A stretch of 64,000 nucleotides of DNA from contig JAZQIE010000072.1 of the NCBI GenBank assembly GCA_045540975.1, forward strand, positions 6,158 to 70,157, written 5' to 3'. Shown piece by piece: positions 38,989 to 47,557 of this stretch. Below the pieces are notes generated by a model that ran no database searches, was not told the DNA's origin, and saw only the letters and a program-made list of their open reading frames with translations. Position 1 is the first letter of the stretch, and each line of letters opens with the position of its first letter. The DNA comes from Eubacteriales bacterium. GTDB lineage: Bacteria; Bacillota; Clostridia; Oscillospirales; JAAYXM01. Both the position numbers and the translations under genes were made by a program.

Positions 38989-39291
38989 TTACTTGACATC
39001 GTCCTGGCAGACGATGATGGAACGCATAACGCCTTCCGTGATCTTGTAAACGCGGTCGAGTTCAGCCGGGAATGCCGGGCTGCCTTCAAACTCGATGAAG
39101 ACGTAGTAGCCTTCCGGTTTGTCGTTGATCGCGTATGCGAGACGGCGCTTACCCCACTCATCGATGTTGGTGAGGGTTGCGTTTGCCTCAACCAGAGCCT
39201 TGAACTTTGCAACAAGTTCAGCAATGGCAGTTTCTCCCAGATCAAGGTCCAGGATCATGATGGTCTCGTACTTTGCAGTGATTTTTGCCAT
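38989..39291 (-). CDS. rpsF: 30S ribosomal protein S6
   Basis: YETIMILD...WGKRRLAYAINDKPEGYYVFIEF. Confidence 0.95.
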   Translation of the reverse strand: MAKITAKYETIMILDLDLGETAIAELVAKFKALVEANATLTNIDEWGKRRLAYAINDKPEGYYVFIEFEGSPAFPAELDRVYKITEGVMRSIIVCQDDVK

Positions 39292-39352
39292 TTGTTACAC
39301 CTCCTTTTGGACGTTTGGCCCCCACGACGTGGGAGCAAGGATACAAAGTTAT

Positions 39353-39380
39353 ATTATATTGATTTTTATAAAAAAGTCAA
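39353..39380 (-). promoter_or_regulatory. Strong sigma-A promoter of the rpsF-ssb-rpsR operon
   Basis: On the minus strand: TTGACT (39380-39375), a 16-nt spacer and TATAAT (39358-39353). The roughly 55-nt leader contains a CCCAC-gtc-GTGGG hairpin. Confidence 0.7.
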
Positions 39381-39397
39381 GAGTTTTTTATAAAAAG

Positions 39398-39425
39398 TTG
39401 ACTTATTCGGATTTTGTGATAAACT
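39398..39425 (+). promoter_or_regulatory. Sigma-A promoter (extended -10) for queT-galU
   Basis: TTGACT (39398-39403), a 16-nt spacer, TGa and TAAACT (39417-39425). Confidence 0.6.
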
Positions 39426-39455
39426 AAAAAGAAAAAACATGTTTGGAGGAAAACC

Positions 39456-39950
39456 ATGATGAAAACCTCTCGCCTTGCAAAAGCAGGGATGATTGCCGCG
39501 GTGTACGTGGTGTTAAATCTCCTGCTCCCGTTTGGATTCGGACCCATTCAATTCCGCCTGTCCGAAGCACTCTGCCTGCTGCCCATCCTCTTTCCCGAGT
39601 CGGTCTGGGGTCTTTTTGTGGGCTGTGCGGTCGCAAACCTGCTCGGTCTCGGAATGGGACTCACCACCCCGTGGGATGTGCTTTTGGGGTCGCTTGCAAC
39701 CCTGCTTGCCGCGCTGTGGACGAGAAAAATCCGCTCGGATGCATTGGCGCCAATTCCTGCAATTATACTCAATGCACTCATTGTCGGCTCCATGCTCACC
39801 GCAGTGCTCACGCCCGATGCACCGTCTATGTGGTTTTACCATGTCGCAACCGTGGGCGCAAGCGAGACCCTCGTATTGTATGTATTCGGACTTCCTCTTT
39901 TGAAACTGCTTCGGCGGTTGGAGGAGAAAAAGGAGAGTGGAACAAAATGA
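39456..39950 (+). CDS. queT: QueT family queuosine-precursor transporter
   Basis: LAKAGMIAAVYVVLNLLLPFGFGPIQFRLSEALCLLP is the QueT hallmark. The protein is 164 aa and multi-pass. Confidence 0.8.
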   Translation: MMKTSRLAKAGMIAAVYVVLNLLLPFGFGPIQFRLSEALCLLPILFPESVWGLFVGCAVANLLGLGMGLTTPWDVLLGSLATLLAALWTRKIRSDALAPIPAIILNALIVGSMLTAVLTPDAPSMWFYHVATVGASETLVLYVFGLPLLKLLRRLEEKKESGTK

Positions 39951-40804
39951 AGGTAAAAAAAGCGGTAATTCCGGCCGCAGGCTTCGGCACCCGTATGCTT
40001 CCCGCAACCAAATCCATCCCGAAAGAGATGCTTCCGCTTGCGGATAAGCCGAGCATCCATTACATTGTGGAGGAAGCGGCTGCCTCGGGTATCGAAGAAA
40101 TTCTCATCATCATAAGCCGCGGAAAAGAAGCGGTTTGCGATTATTTTGACTACACACCCGAGCTCGAGGAAAAACTCATAAAAAGCGGCAGAGAAGCGGA
40201 TGCAAAGGCGCTTCGCTCCATTGCGGATATGGCGGAGATTTCCTTTGTCCGTCAAAAAGAGCAGCGCGGCTTGGGCCATGCGGTCGCGCAGGCAAAAGCC
40301 TTTGTCGGAAACGAGCCGTTTGCCCTGCTCCTCGGTGACGATGTCATGCAAGGCACGCCTCCCGTCACACGTCAGCTCCTCGACGTGTTTGAGGAGTACG
40401 GCGCACCCGTGGTGGGTGTTGCGGAGGTGTCGGATGCGGAAATTCACCGCTACTGCTCGCTGGGTGTCACACCTGTCTCCGAGCGGTTGATGGAAGTGCA
40501 CAAGCTTGTGGAAAAGCCCACACCCGATAAGGTCCTTTCCAACTATGCGATTTTGGGCCGCTATGTGCTCACACCGAATATTTTCCCGATTTTGGAGCAA
40601 CTGCCCGCGGGTTACGGCGGTGAGATTCAACTCACAGACGGGCTTGACCGTCTGTGCAGAGAGACCAAAATGTTCGCCCTTGCCTATCAGGGGGAGCGGT
40701 ATGATACGGGAAGTCTTCGCGGCTATTTGGAAGCGCAAGTCAAACTCGCGCTCCGCCACCCCGAGGTGGGAGATTGGTTTTCCGACTTCCTCAAAACAGT
40801 ATAA
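39947..40804 (+). CDS. galU: UTP-glucose-1-phosphate uridylyltransferase
   Basis: KAVIPAAGFGTRMLPATKSIPKEMLPLADKPSIHYIVEEA, EQRGLGHAV and LLGDDV are present. The ATG overlaps the queT stop (ATGA). Confidence 0.93.
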   Translation: MKVKKAVIPAAGFGTRMLPATKSIPKEMLPLADKPSIHYIVEEAAASGIEEILIIISRGKEAVCDYFDYTPELEEKLIKSGREADAKALRSIADMAEISFVRQKEQRGLGHAVAQAKAFVGNEPFALLLGDDVMQGTPPVTRQLLDVFEEYGAPVVGVAEVSDAEIHRYCSLGVTPVSERLMEVHKLVEKPTPDKVLSNYAILGRYVLTPNIFPILEQLPAGYGGEIQLTDGLDRLCRETKMFALAYQGERYDTGSLRGYLEAQVKLALRHPEVGDWFSDFLKTV

Positions 40805-40839
40805 AAAAACTCCCGAAACAGTTTGTTTCGGGAGTTTTT
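40804..40839. terminator. Bidirectional terminator (galU / SLH gene)
   Basis: AAAAACTCCCGAAACA-gtt-TGTTTCGGGAGTTTTT. Confidence 0.9.
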
Positions 40840-40848
40840 GCGTTTGGT

Positions 40849-43800
40849 TTAGCCTTCCTTTGCCGCAACATGGATTTTCAAGATGTAAGTTCTTGTTGCG
40901 CCGCTTTCGGAACGAACGACCACGGAAACCGAGGTAACCGATTCCTTTTTCTCGTCGTAGGAGACCGGGATGTGGCTTGAGGTCGCACCGTTGGATACCA
41001 TGAAATTCTTTACCGTGATGGTGACACGGGAATCCTTGGCAACCGGGGTGACCGTGATGTGGTCGGTGTAGCCGATGTAGAGGTCATAAACGTCTTGATC
41101 CGGTAAGAGTTCAACCGGATACTGGCCGTCATCCGGCACGTTGACCGTCAGGGATTCCAATGCGGTTTCGGTAGAGGTGCGATCGGTGGTAAAGGTGATG
41201 TCGCGCGTGGTGGAATTTCCGCTGGCATCCACAAAGGTTGCGGAAACAATGTAGTCGGTGCCCTCAGCGAGGTTTCTCAACGGAATCGACTTGGTGCCCG
41301 CCTTGTTGGGGATGAAGCCGGAAAGCGCGGTCTTTGCGGTGCTGTCGCCCGCCTTCTTGTAGGAGATGGAGAGCGTACCGACCGTACTGTAAGCCGCCTC
41401 AACGGTTGCGCTGTCTTTGGTGATATCGGTTGCAATCAAATCAAACGAGAGGGTTGAGGTGGAGAAGGCAAGCATCTTCTCGGCTGAGGTACGTCCCGCG
41501 GCATCCTTCACGGTTGCAATCGCGGTGTAATCGGTTCTCGGTGCAAGACCGGTAAAGGTCATGGAGGTTTGTCTGCCCGCGGTGACCGCAACCGTCTGAC
41601 TCAACGGGGTCTGCCCCGGTGCGGAGAGCTTGACGGTGATGTTGCCGGTGACATTGGCGGTTGCGTACAAATCCACGGTAGAGGTGGATGCACTTCCCAC
41701 AGACAGGGCGCTGACACGCGGTGTGCCGTCTGTGACACGGAAGTATGAGGTGGTCTGCGGGATTGCTTTGTTGGTCGCATACTGCAGCGCATAACTCTCA
41801 ATGCGCAGGTAGTATGTGGTGTTGGCGTCGAGTTCTTCATCCGGCAGGATGGTCACGGTGCGCTTGTCCGAGCTGATATCTGCGGAGAAGGTCACCAGTG
41901 TGCCGGAAGAACTGCCGCGGCGCAGGGTAATCACATCGGATTCCAGATAACGCGCATCCACGGTACCGCCGCCGTAACGGTATACCGCATTGTCGAAGGA
42001 AATGGTCAATGCAGGATTTACGGGAACGTCTTCTGCTCCGTTTTCCGGCTCAAAGCGGATGTCCGAACCTGTGATAGAGGCGCCGGTGGAGAAGCGTGCA
42101 ACATAGCGCGGATTGGTGTGTCCGTCTTTGTCGGACAAGGTATCGCGCGGGATAATGACATAGTAGGTGGTGTCGCTCTTGAGCCGTTCGGACGGGGTGA
42201 TGGAGAAAATATCCTTATCGTAGTTGAGCGAGACCGAGAACGGAACCAAAGGACCGGTTGCACTGTTCTCGCGCAGTTCAAGGCAGCTGTTTTCCACATA
42301 AGAGGAGCTGAGGGTTGAACCGGTGGTGCGGAAGAGGGTGTCCTTAAAGGTGAGACGGATGACGATTTTCTCGCTGACATTGGTCTTTCCGTCCGCAGGA
42401 CTCATGGTCGGAATGAGGGAGGACATATCGTAACTGCCCTCATTTTCCTCGTCATCGGTGGTGAAAATCGAGTACATCCGTGCGTTACTTTCGCCGTCTT
42501 CGTTGTAGACGGTATCCGAAACGAAAACAATGTAGTAACGGGTGTCGGGTTCTAAATATTCATCCGGAGAGATGGTGATGACACTCTTGTTCGAATTAAG
42601 GGTTGCGGTAAACGGAACCGCGTATCCGGTCAAGCTTCCTTCACGAAGCTCCACCGCGGTGTTTTCGATGTAATCGGTGGTGAGTGCCGCGCAAGCCGCG
42701 GAACGGAAGACCGTATCTTCAAAGGTCAGACGGATGGTGGGCTCGAGGGAGATGCCGATCGCACCGTTTCTCGGATAGAAGGAAGGCGTGAGCGAAGCGG
42801 TGGGCTCGTCTTCCTCGTAGTTGTTGTCGTTGTTATTGTTGTTATTATCGTCCTCGTCATCGTTTGAGCCGCCGCCAACCACCGAGATGGGACGGTTTTC
42901 GTAGGTCACGTTTCCGCCGCTTTCATATGCGGTCTGAATCGAGCCGTTTCCTGTGAAGTCCGCGCTTGCCTTGATGTACGCGGTTTTGATGGAAACGCCG
43001 TCAGCCAGCGAAATCGAGGAATCCTTTGCCGCGCTTTCCAAATCGAAACGGTCAATGGTGCCTGCCTGCAGCATCAGGGTCACACGGTCGGAAACCGTAA
43101 ACTGCGAGATGGTGCCGCCGGTCGCTTTGATGACCGTGCTTTCGGAAAGGGTGACCGATTTGAAGCTGCCGAGCAAACGTACCGTATCGCTTGCGAGACC
43201 GGTACCGTTCATCTCAACCGTGTCAAAGCCTGCACCCGAGAGGGTGACACCGTTTTTCACGACGGTCTTGGTCACGTAAGAGGTGCCCGAGAGGGAAACC
43301 TTTGCTTCACCGGACACGGAGGATGCCACCAGATTGTTGACACCGGTATTTTTGAGGTTGACGGTGGAATCCAAACCGCCGCTTGCGGTCAAAGTACCGA
43401 GGATACGGCAGGAGTTGAAGGAAATCGCACCGTTTGCAACCGCTTCGGTGATGGTGACATTGTTCGGATAAATGGTGTTGTAATAAGAAGAGTCAACCAC
43501 CGAGAAGGATTGGCTGGAGGATGCGATGATTTCGTTTTTGAGCACTTCATAGAGAATCTTTGCGGCTTCCGCGCGGGTGAGTGCCGCTTTCGGGCGGAAG
43601 TTGTTGTTTTTATCACCCAGCATATAGGTCTTTGCCGCCATCTTTGCGACAGAAGCACCTGCCCAGGGGTCGATGGTGGCGCTGTCTTGAAACGCGGTAG
43701 TTCCCGCAACCTCAGGCTCGGTCACAATACGGGCGAGCATCACCGCCGCTTCCTGACGGGTGATGTTGCGATTTGCACCGAAGGTGTTGTCCGCATAGCC

Positions 43801-44133
43801 GGAGATATAGCCTGCGGAAACCGCCTTGCGGACCTCGTTGTAGAACCAGTCGCTCGACTTTATGTCGCTAAACGAAACGGTTGCGGAATGATTGATGCCG
43901 AGCGCGGTGTTCACCATCTTGGAGAACTCCGCACGGGTCACCGTTTTATTGGGAAGGAAGGTACCGTCGGTGTACCCCGAGATATAGCCTGCGGTGACAC
44001 CATAATTGATATACTCCTCTGCCCAATGCCCTTTGATATCGGAAAGGCTTGCGGCAGATACGGCAGGAAGCATGCTGATGACCAGCACGAGTGCCAAAAG
44101 AAATGCGGATACACGGATTCTGTTTTTCTGCAT
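40849..44133 (-). CDS. Large cell-surface protein: signal peptide, 3 SLH domains, beta-rich region, Asn/Asp linker, 3 Ig-like (SbsA/Big_5-type) repeats, 2 Fn3-like modules, C-terminal cadherin-like beta-sandwich
   Basis: The signal peptide is MQKNRIRVSAFLLALVLVISMLPAVSA. There are three FSDIK/FQD...W....V..........G....F.P....TR.E SLH units (aa 28-200). Three repeats of about 115 aa share L(T/R)(F/I)xF(E/K/D)(D/N)x(V/L)(F/Y)R...TxYY(I/V/L) (aa 445-803). Confidence 0.85.
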   Translation of the reverse strand: MQKNRIRVSAFLLALVLVISMLPAVSAASLSDIKGHWAEEYINYGVTAGYISGYTDGTFLPNKTVTRAEFSKMVNTALGINHSATVSFSDIKSSDWFYNEVRKAVSAGYISGYADNTFGANRNITRQEAAVMLARIVTEPEVAGTTAFQDSATIDPWAGASVAKMAAKTYMLGDKNNNFRPKAALTRAEAAKILYEVLKNEIIASSSQSFSVVDSSYYNTIYPNNVTITEAVANGAISFNSCRILGTLTASGGLDSTVNLKNTGVNNLVASSVSGEAKVSLSGTSYVTKTVVKNGVTLSGAGFDTVEMNGTGLASDTVRLLGSFKSVTLSESTVIKATGGTISQFTVSDRVTLMLQAGTIDRFDLESAAKDSSISLADGVSIKTAYIKASADFTGNGSIQTAYESGGNVTYENRPISVVGGGSNDDEDDNNNNNNDNNYEEDEPTASLTPSFYPRNGAIGISLEPTIRLTFEDTVFRSAACAALTTDYIENTAVELREGSLTGYAVPFTATLNSNKSVITISPDEYLEPDTRYYIVFVSDTVYNEDGESNARMYSIFTTDDEENEGSYDMSSLIPTMSPADGKTNVSEKIVIRLTFKDTLFRTTGSTLSSSYVENSCLELRENSATGPLVPFSVSLNYDKDIFSITPSERLKSDTTYYVIIPRDTLSDKDGHTNPRYVARFSTGASITGSDIRFEPENGAEDVPVNPALTISFDNAVYRYGGGTVDARYLESDVITLRRGSSSGTLVTFSADISSDKRTVTILPDEELDANTTYYLRIESYALQYATNKAIPQTTSYFRVTDGTPRVSALSVGSASTSTVDLYATANVTGNITVKLSAPGQTPLSQTVAVTAGRQTSMTFTGLAPRTDYTAIATVKDAAGRTSAEKMLAFSTSTLSFDLIATDITKDSATVEAAYSTVGTLSISYKKAGDSTAKTALSGFIPNKAGTKSIPLRNLAEGTDYIVSATFVDASGNSTTRDITFTTDRTSTETALESLTVNVPDDGQYPVELLPDQDVYDLYIGYTDHITVTPVAKDSRVTITVKNFMVSNGATSSHIPVSYDEKKESVTSVSVVVRSESGATRTYILKIHVAAKEG

Positions 44134-44272
44134 CTTAAATACCTCACTTCTCGTTGCGTTAGATTTTGGGTAAAAACCTTTTCTTTATTTTACACCAATC
44201 TTGGGAAGACGGCAATGTTTTTTGTGAAAAATGCCCGATTTTTTTATTGGAAAAAATCGGAAGAGAAAAAAC

Positions 44273-44301
44273 TTGCCGCGAATTCGGTTTTGCGGTATCA
44301 T
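44273..44301 (+). promoter_or_regulatory. Candidate promoter for the DUF4430 gene
   Basis: TTGCCG (44273-44278), a 17-nt spacer and TATCAT (44296-44301). Confidence 0.45.
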
Positions 44302-44318
44302 AAAATAGAAAGGAGCGA

Positions 44319-44735
44319 ATGAAAATGAAACGTGTTTTGGCACTTGTATTTCTGCTTGTTTTATGCGGCTGTGCCGCCAAAAATTACGATGCGGCTTGCA
44401 GCATCACGGTCTCCGCGCATACCGAAAGCCTGCCCGCCGCGTGCATGGAGTTACTCCCAGAGGGCGGGATTCTGTTTTCGGAGAGCGTAGCCTTTGAAAC
44501 GGGCGAGGATTTGCTCACCGTCATGCTTCGCGCCATGCGTGAGGAGAAGATTCCGCTTGTGTTTGAGGGCGGATACATCAAGAGCATCGGCGGTCTCGCC
44601 CCGGGCGATGCGGGGCCCATGTCGGGCTGGATGTTTGCGGTAAACGGCAAAATGCCCATGGAAGGCTGCGATGAAATCATCTTAAAAGACGGCGACACGG
44701 TGGAATGGACTTACGTCACCGAATGGACCGAATGA
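44319..44735 (+). CDS. DUF4430 (transcobalamin-like fold) lipoprotein
   Basis: The lipobox is LLVLCGC. The C-terminal block GWMFAVNGKMPMEGCDEIILKDGDTVEWTY is typical of DUF4430. The ATG at 44325 is better spaced from AAAGGAG and may be the true start. Confidence 0.7.
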   Translation: MKMKRVLALVFLLVLCGCAAKNYDAACSITVSAHTESLPAACMELLPEGGILFSESVAFETGEDLLTVMLRAMREEKIPLVFEGGYIKSIGGLAPGDAGPMSGWMFAVNGKMPMEGCDEIILKDGDTVEWTYVTEWTE

Positions 44736-44775
44736 AAAAACACCGCCTGAGTCAACCGACTCGGGCGGTGTTTTT
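44735..44775. terminator. Bidirectional terminator
   Basis: CACCGCCTGAGTC-aacc-GACTCGGGCGGTG is flanked by A6 and T5. Confidence 0.9.
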
Positions 44776-47541
44776 CTATGCGTATGTCTTTACAATGTTG
44801 AGCAGCATTCTGTCCGCAAAGGGATGTGTCCCAAGTGCCTCGTCGATGCGGAAGGAGTTGAGCACATATCGGCGGTTTCCGCGCCCGTATTCCCCAAACG
44901 CAAGCCCGGGGGTGGTGAAGCCGGTATCCACGCGGATGCCTGCACAAACCGAACGGTCGGGCTTTTTGATATCGCAGAAAATCACACGCGGGCAGAGAAT
45001 CCCGAGCTTGTCCGACTCGATAAGTCCCGCGCGGTTGATGTGTTCAAACACGGGATGCGGTCGGTTTAGATAATCGTGATGATAGATGCTGCCCACCGAA
45101 CGGCGGACATATGCCTCTTCCCCTGCAATGCGCTTTAAAAACGCCTCGTGTTCTTTGAAATATTCCGCATCAAGGAACACCGCGGTCCCACCTGCGGAAA
45201 CAAATGCTTCGATGAGCACCTCGTCCGCCCCTCTGCCGCAAAGCACAAGGGATTCTTTGGAGTTTGCCGTAAGCGGAGAGACCGTCACCCCGTGTTCGGT
45301 GAGGAAACGGCATACCGCGTCCGACACATCGCACACTGCAACCCTTGCCGCGAGCATGTCGTCTGTTGAATGAACGGTGAATTTCAAATCCCCGTCGTAT
45401 GCGACATTGCCGCTGAGGAGCCGTACCGAGAATACATACTCGCCTGCGGGGAGGGTAAGGGTCTCGTTGAGTGCGGGATGCGCGAGCGGAGGAAGACCCC
45501 CATACCCGTGTGCGGGATAATCGACTGTAAAATCCTTTTTCCAAACACAGCCGTATTCCCCCATGACATACGCCTGCGCCCAATAAACGCCGGGTGCGAG
45601 CACATCCTCGTTGCAAAGCACGGCGGAGAGTTCAAAGGGGGTTTCGGCATACACCGTGCGGTCAGAACTGAACAATGCCCACCGCAACGGCTCGTGCCCC
45701 TGCTGGATGGCATAGGCAAGGGATTCTTTGATGACCCCGTTGCCCTGCAAAATCCCCTCGTGGCTTGCGCCGAAGCTGGTAAATCCCAATCCGTTGATTT
45801 TGGGGTTCGAGCGGAATATGTTATAAAGATGCGTGCGCTGAATACCGTTGAGTTTTTCTGTCGCACGGCTCAGGTCACAGGCAAGGGGGCACACCTCGCG
45901 CAAATCATAGAAATCGAGGAATTCCTCCACCTCGTCCCAAAGCTTCTTGGCAACCGAGAGCGGCTGAACATCGCAGAGGGCTTTGCCCTCGTTTTTCAAA
46001 TACTGCCCCATCACGTCAAATTGCGATCCGATGCCGAATTCACTCACAAATACGGGTGCGGTGTCGCGCCCGATCTTGCGAAGATAGTCACGAAACCACG
46101 GTTCAATCGGGACGGGGAGGTAGATATGAACGTCACCCATTGCGGGGTCCTGATACCCGTCCATATCCCGCGGATGCTCGCGGTTGGGGAAGTCCAAAAC
46201 CCCTTCTGCGCCCAAAAACGTGTCCCACTCAACAGATCCCGGGTTGGACGCGCTGCCAAGGGAAATATCCCGATCCCAGCGCCCGCTGTGGAGCAAAAAC
46301 AACGCGTCCGGTGCAAGCGCGCGCAGTTTCGGAAGCGCCTCGGAGTAGCAGGAAAAAACCTCGGGCCGATTTTCCAGTTCATTGACCAGATAATACGCCG
46401 CAACACACGGATGATTGCGGTGCTTTCGGATGATATTCTCGTTGCAGTCTTCAATTTGCTTGCGGGTGTTTTCGTGTAAAAACATCCCCCAGCCCGTTGC
46501 CCCTGCATCCAAAACCAAAAGCCCAATCTCGTCGCAGATTCCGAAGAGTTCTTCGGGGAACTCGCGCGTGATGGTGCGGATGGCGTTAAATCCCAGCGCC
46601 TTCATAGCAATGGCGCTTGATGCGGACGGGTTGGTGTGCGCGCCTTTGAGCAGAATCCGCTTTCCGTTTAAGAAAAAGAATCCGTCTTTGATGCGGAAAT
46701 CCTTGAATCCGAAATTTGTTGTGAGGTGTGCGGCGTTGTCTACACACACCGTAGCGAGATACAAAAACGGTGCATCGAGTTCCCATAACTGCCGGTTTTC
46801 GACCCCACCGTCAAGGACAAACTCGGACGTTCCCGACGGAATGTCAAACAAGCCGCGGAGCTGCCCCACCTCGGCACCGCCCTTTTTTGCGGAAATCAGC
46901 ACGGAGATTTCCTTGGTGCAGGGCGCACCGTCGTTTTTCACGGTCACCGTGACCGAAACCTTACCGCTGTCCGCAAAAGGACGTACATAGACCTCCTCCG
47001 CGCGCACTTCGGGTACCGCGCGCAGACGCACGTTGCCCAAGATTCCGCCGACACATTCCAGACAAGTCGCCTCGTCTGCGCCGAACATGAAGCCCTGAAT
47101 CGATGCAAAGCAACCGTTGGGGATTTTCCAAAGCTCGATTCCCTCAATCGGCTCACCGTTCTGACGCGGCTCAAAGCATTGTACGACCAAGCGGTTTTCA
47201 CCGTTTGGTCGGTATGCTTCCGTGGCGTCGAAATAAAAACTCTGCTCGTGTTGGGCGTGCTCACCGAGAAAAACACCGTTGAGCCATGCACGGCACAGAT
47301 ATGCCACGCGCTCAAATTCCACCAGCACGCGCTCGCCCGTATCTGCGGCAAGCGTTCCGTCAAACACTTTGGAATACCATACAAACCCGTGATACCCGGG
47401 GAATACAGTGGCATAGATAGAATCGAGCATCCAGGAGTGATGGTTGGGAATGTGGTCAAAAATCTCGATTTCCGCCTCTGCCGTATGCGGTGTCTTTGCG
47501 AGCTTCCAAGTGCCGCAAAGTGAAAGCATTTTGTTCTTCAT
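44776..47541 (-). CDS. Glycoside hydrolase family 2 protein (921 aa)
   Basis: An N-terminal GH2 sugar-binding pattern (LCGTWKL...VFPGYHGFVWYSKVF...AWLNGVFLGEH) and a TIM region (GFNAIRT...HPCVAAYYLVNE) are present. Specificity is unknown. Confidence 0.75.
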   Translation of the reverse strand: MKNKMLSLCGTWKLAKTPHTAEAEIEIFDHIPNHHSWMLDSIYATVFPGYHGFVWYSKVFDGTLAADTGERVLVEFERVAYLCRAWLNGVFLGEHAQHEQSFYFDATEAYRPNGENRLVVQCFEPRQNGEPIEGIELWKIPNGCFASIQGFMFGADEATCLECVGGILGNVRLRAVPEVRAEEVYVRPFADSGKVSVTVTVKNDGAPCTKEISVLISAKKGGAEVGQLRGLFDIPSGTSEFVLDGGVENRQLWELDAPFLYLATVCVDNAAHLTTNFGFKDFRIKDGFFFLNGKRILLKGAHTNPSASSAIAMKALGFNAIRTITREFPEELFGICDEIGLLVLDAGATGWGMFLHENTRKQIEDCNENIIRKHRNHPCVAAYYLVNELENRPEVFSCYSEALPKLRALAPDALFLLHSGRWDRDISLGSASNPGSVEWDTFLGAEGVLDFPNREHPRDMDGYQDPAMGDVHIYLPVPIEPWFRDYLRKIGRDTAPVFVSEFGIGSQFDVMGQYLKNEGKALCDVQPLSVAKKLWDEVEEFLDFYDLREVCPLACDLSRATEKLNGIQRTHLYNIFRSNPKINGLGFTSFGASHEGILQGNGVIKESLAYAIQQGHEPLRWALFSSDRTVYAETPFELSAVLCNEDVLAPGVYWAQAYVMGEYGCVWKKDFTVDYPAHGYGGLPPLAHPALNETLTLPAGEYVFSVRLLSGNVAYDGDLKFTVHSTDDMLAARVAVCDVSDAVCRFLTEHGVTVSPLTANSKESLVLCGRGADEVLIEAFVSAGGTAVFLDAEYFKEHEAFLKRIAGEEAYVRRSVGSIYHHDYLNRPHPVFEHINRAGLIESDKLGILCPRVIFCDIKKPDRSVCAGIRVDTGFTTPGLAFGEYGRGNRRYVLNSFRIDEALGTHPFADRMLLNIVKTYA

Positions 47542-47557
47542 CGGAGTTCCTCCTTTG

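Noticed and set aside
39372-39405. The inverted repeat AAGTCAA-N17-TTGACTT, which looks like a regulatory hairpin or terminator between rpsF and queT.
   Set aside because: The two arms are the -35 hexamers (TTGACT) of two back-to-back divergent promoters. Each is correctly spaced from its own -10 (TATAAT on the minus strand, TGaTAAACT on the plus strand). No separate element is needed.
39404-39455. A preQ1 riboswitch, expected upstream of queT. The A-rich ACTAAAAAGAAAAAAC tail superficially resembles the preQ1-I 3' tail.
   Set aside because: No P1 stem and loop with the conserved preQ1-I core could be drawn. The predicted transcript leader is only about 25 nt. The A-rich string is the promoter discriminator region, which is shared with the nagA promoter.
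39443-40804. A 453-aa ORF in the track that spans queT, in another frame, and galU.
   Set aside because: Only the last 285 codons (from ATG 39947, MKVKKAVIPAAGFGTRM) are GalU. The upstream part is a stop-free stretch overlapping the genuine queT frame and has an Arg/Cys/Pro-rich nonsense composition.
42805-42873. The Asn/Asp-rich tract in the SLH protein gene as a slipped-strand, phase-variable simple-sequence repeat.
   Set aside because: At the DNA level the tract uses mixed codons (GTT/ATT/GTC/ATC on the plus strand). It is not a homopolymer or a perfect short tandem repeat, and its length is a multiple of three, so frame-shifting phase variation is unlikely. It is a low-complexity linker.
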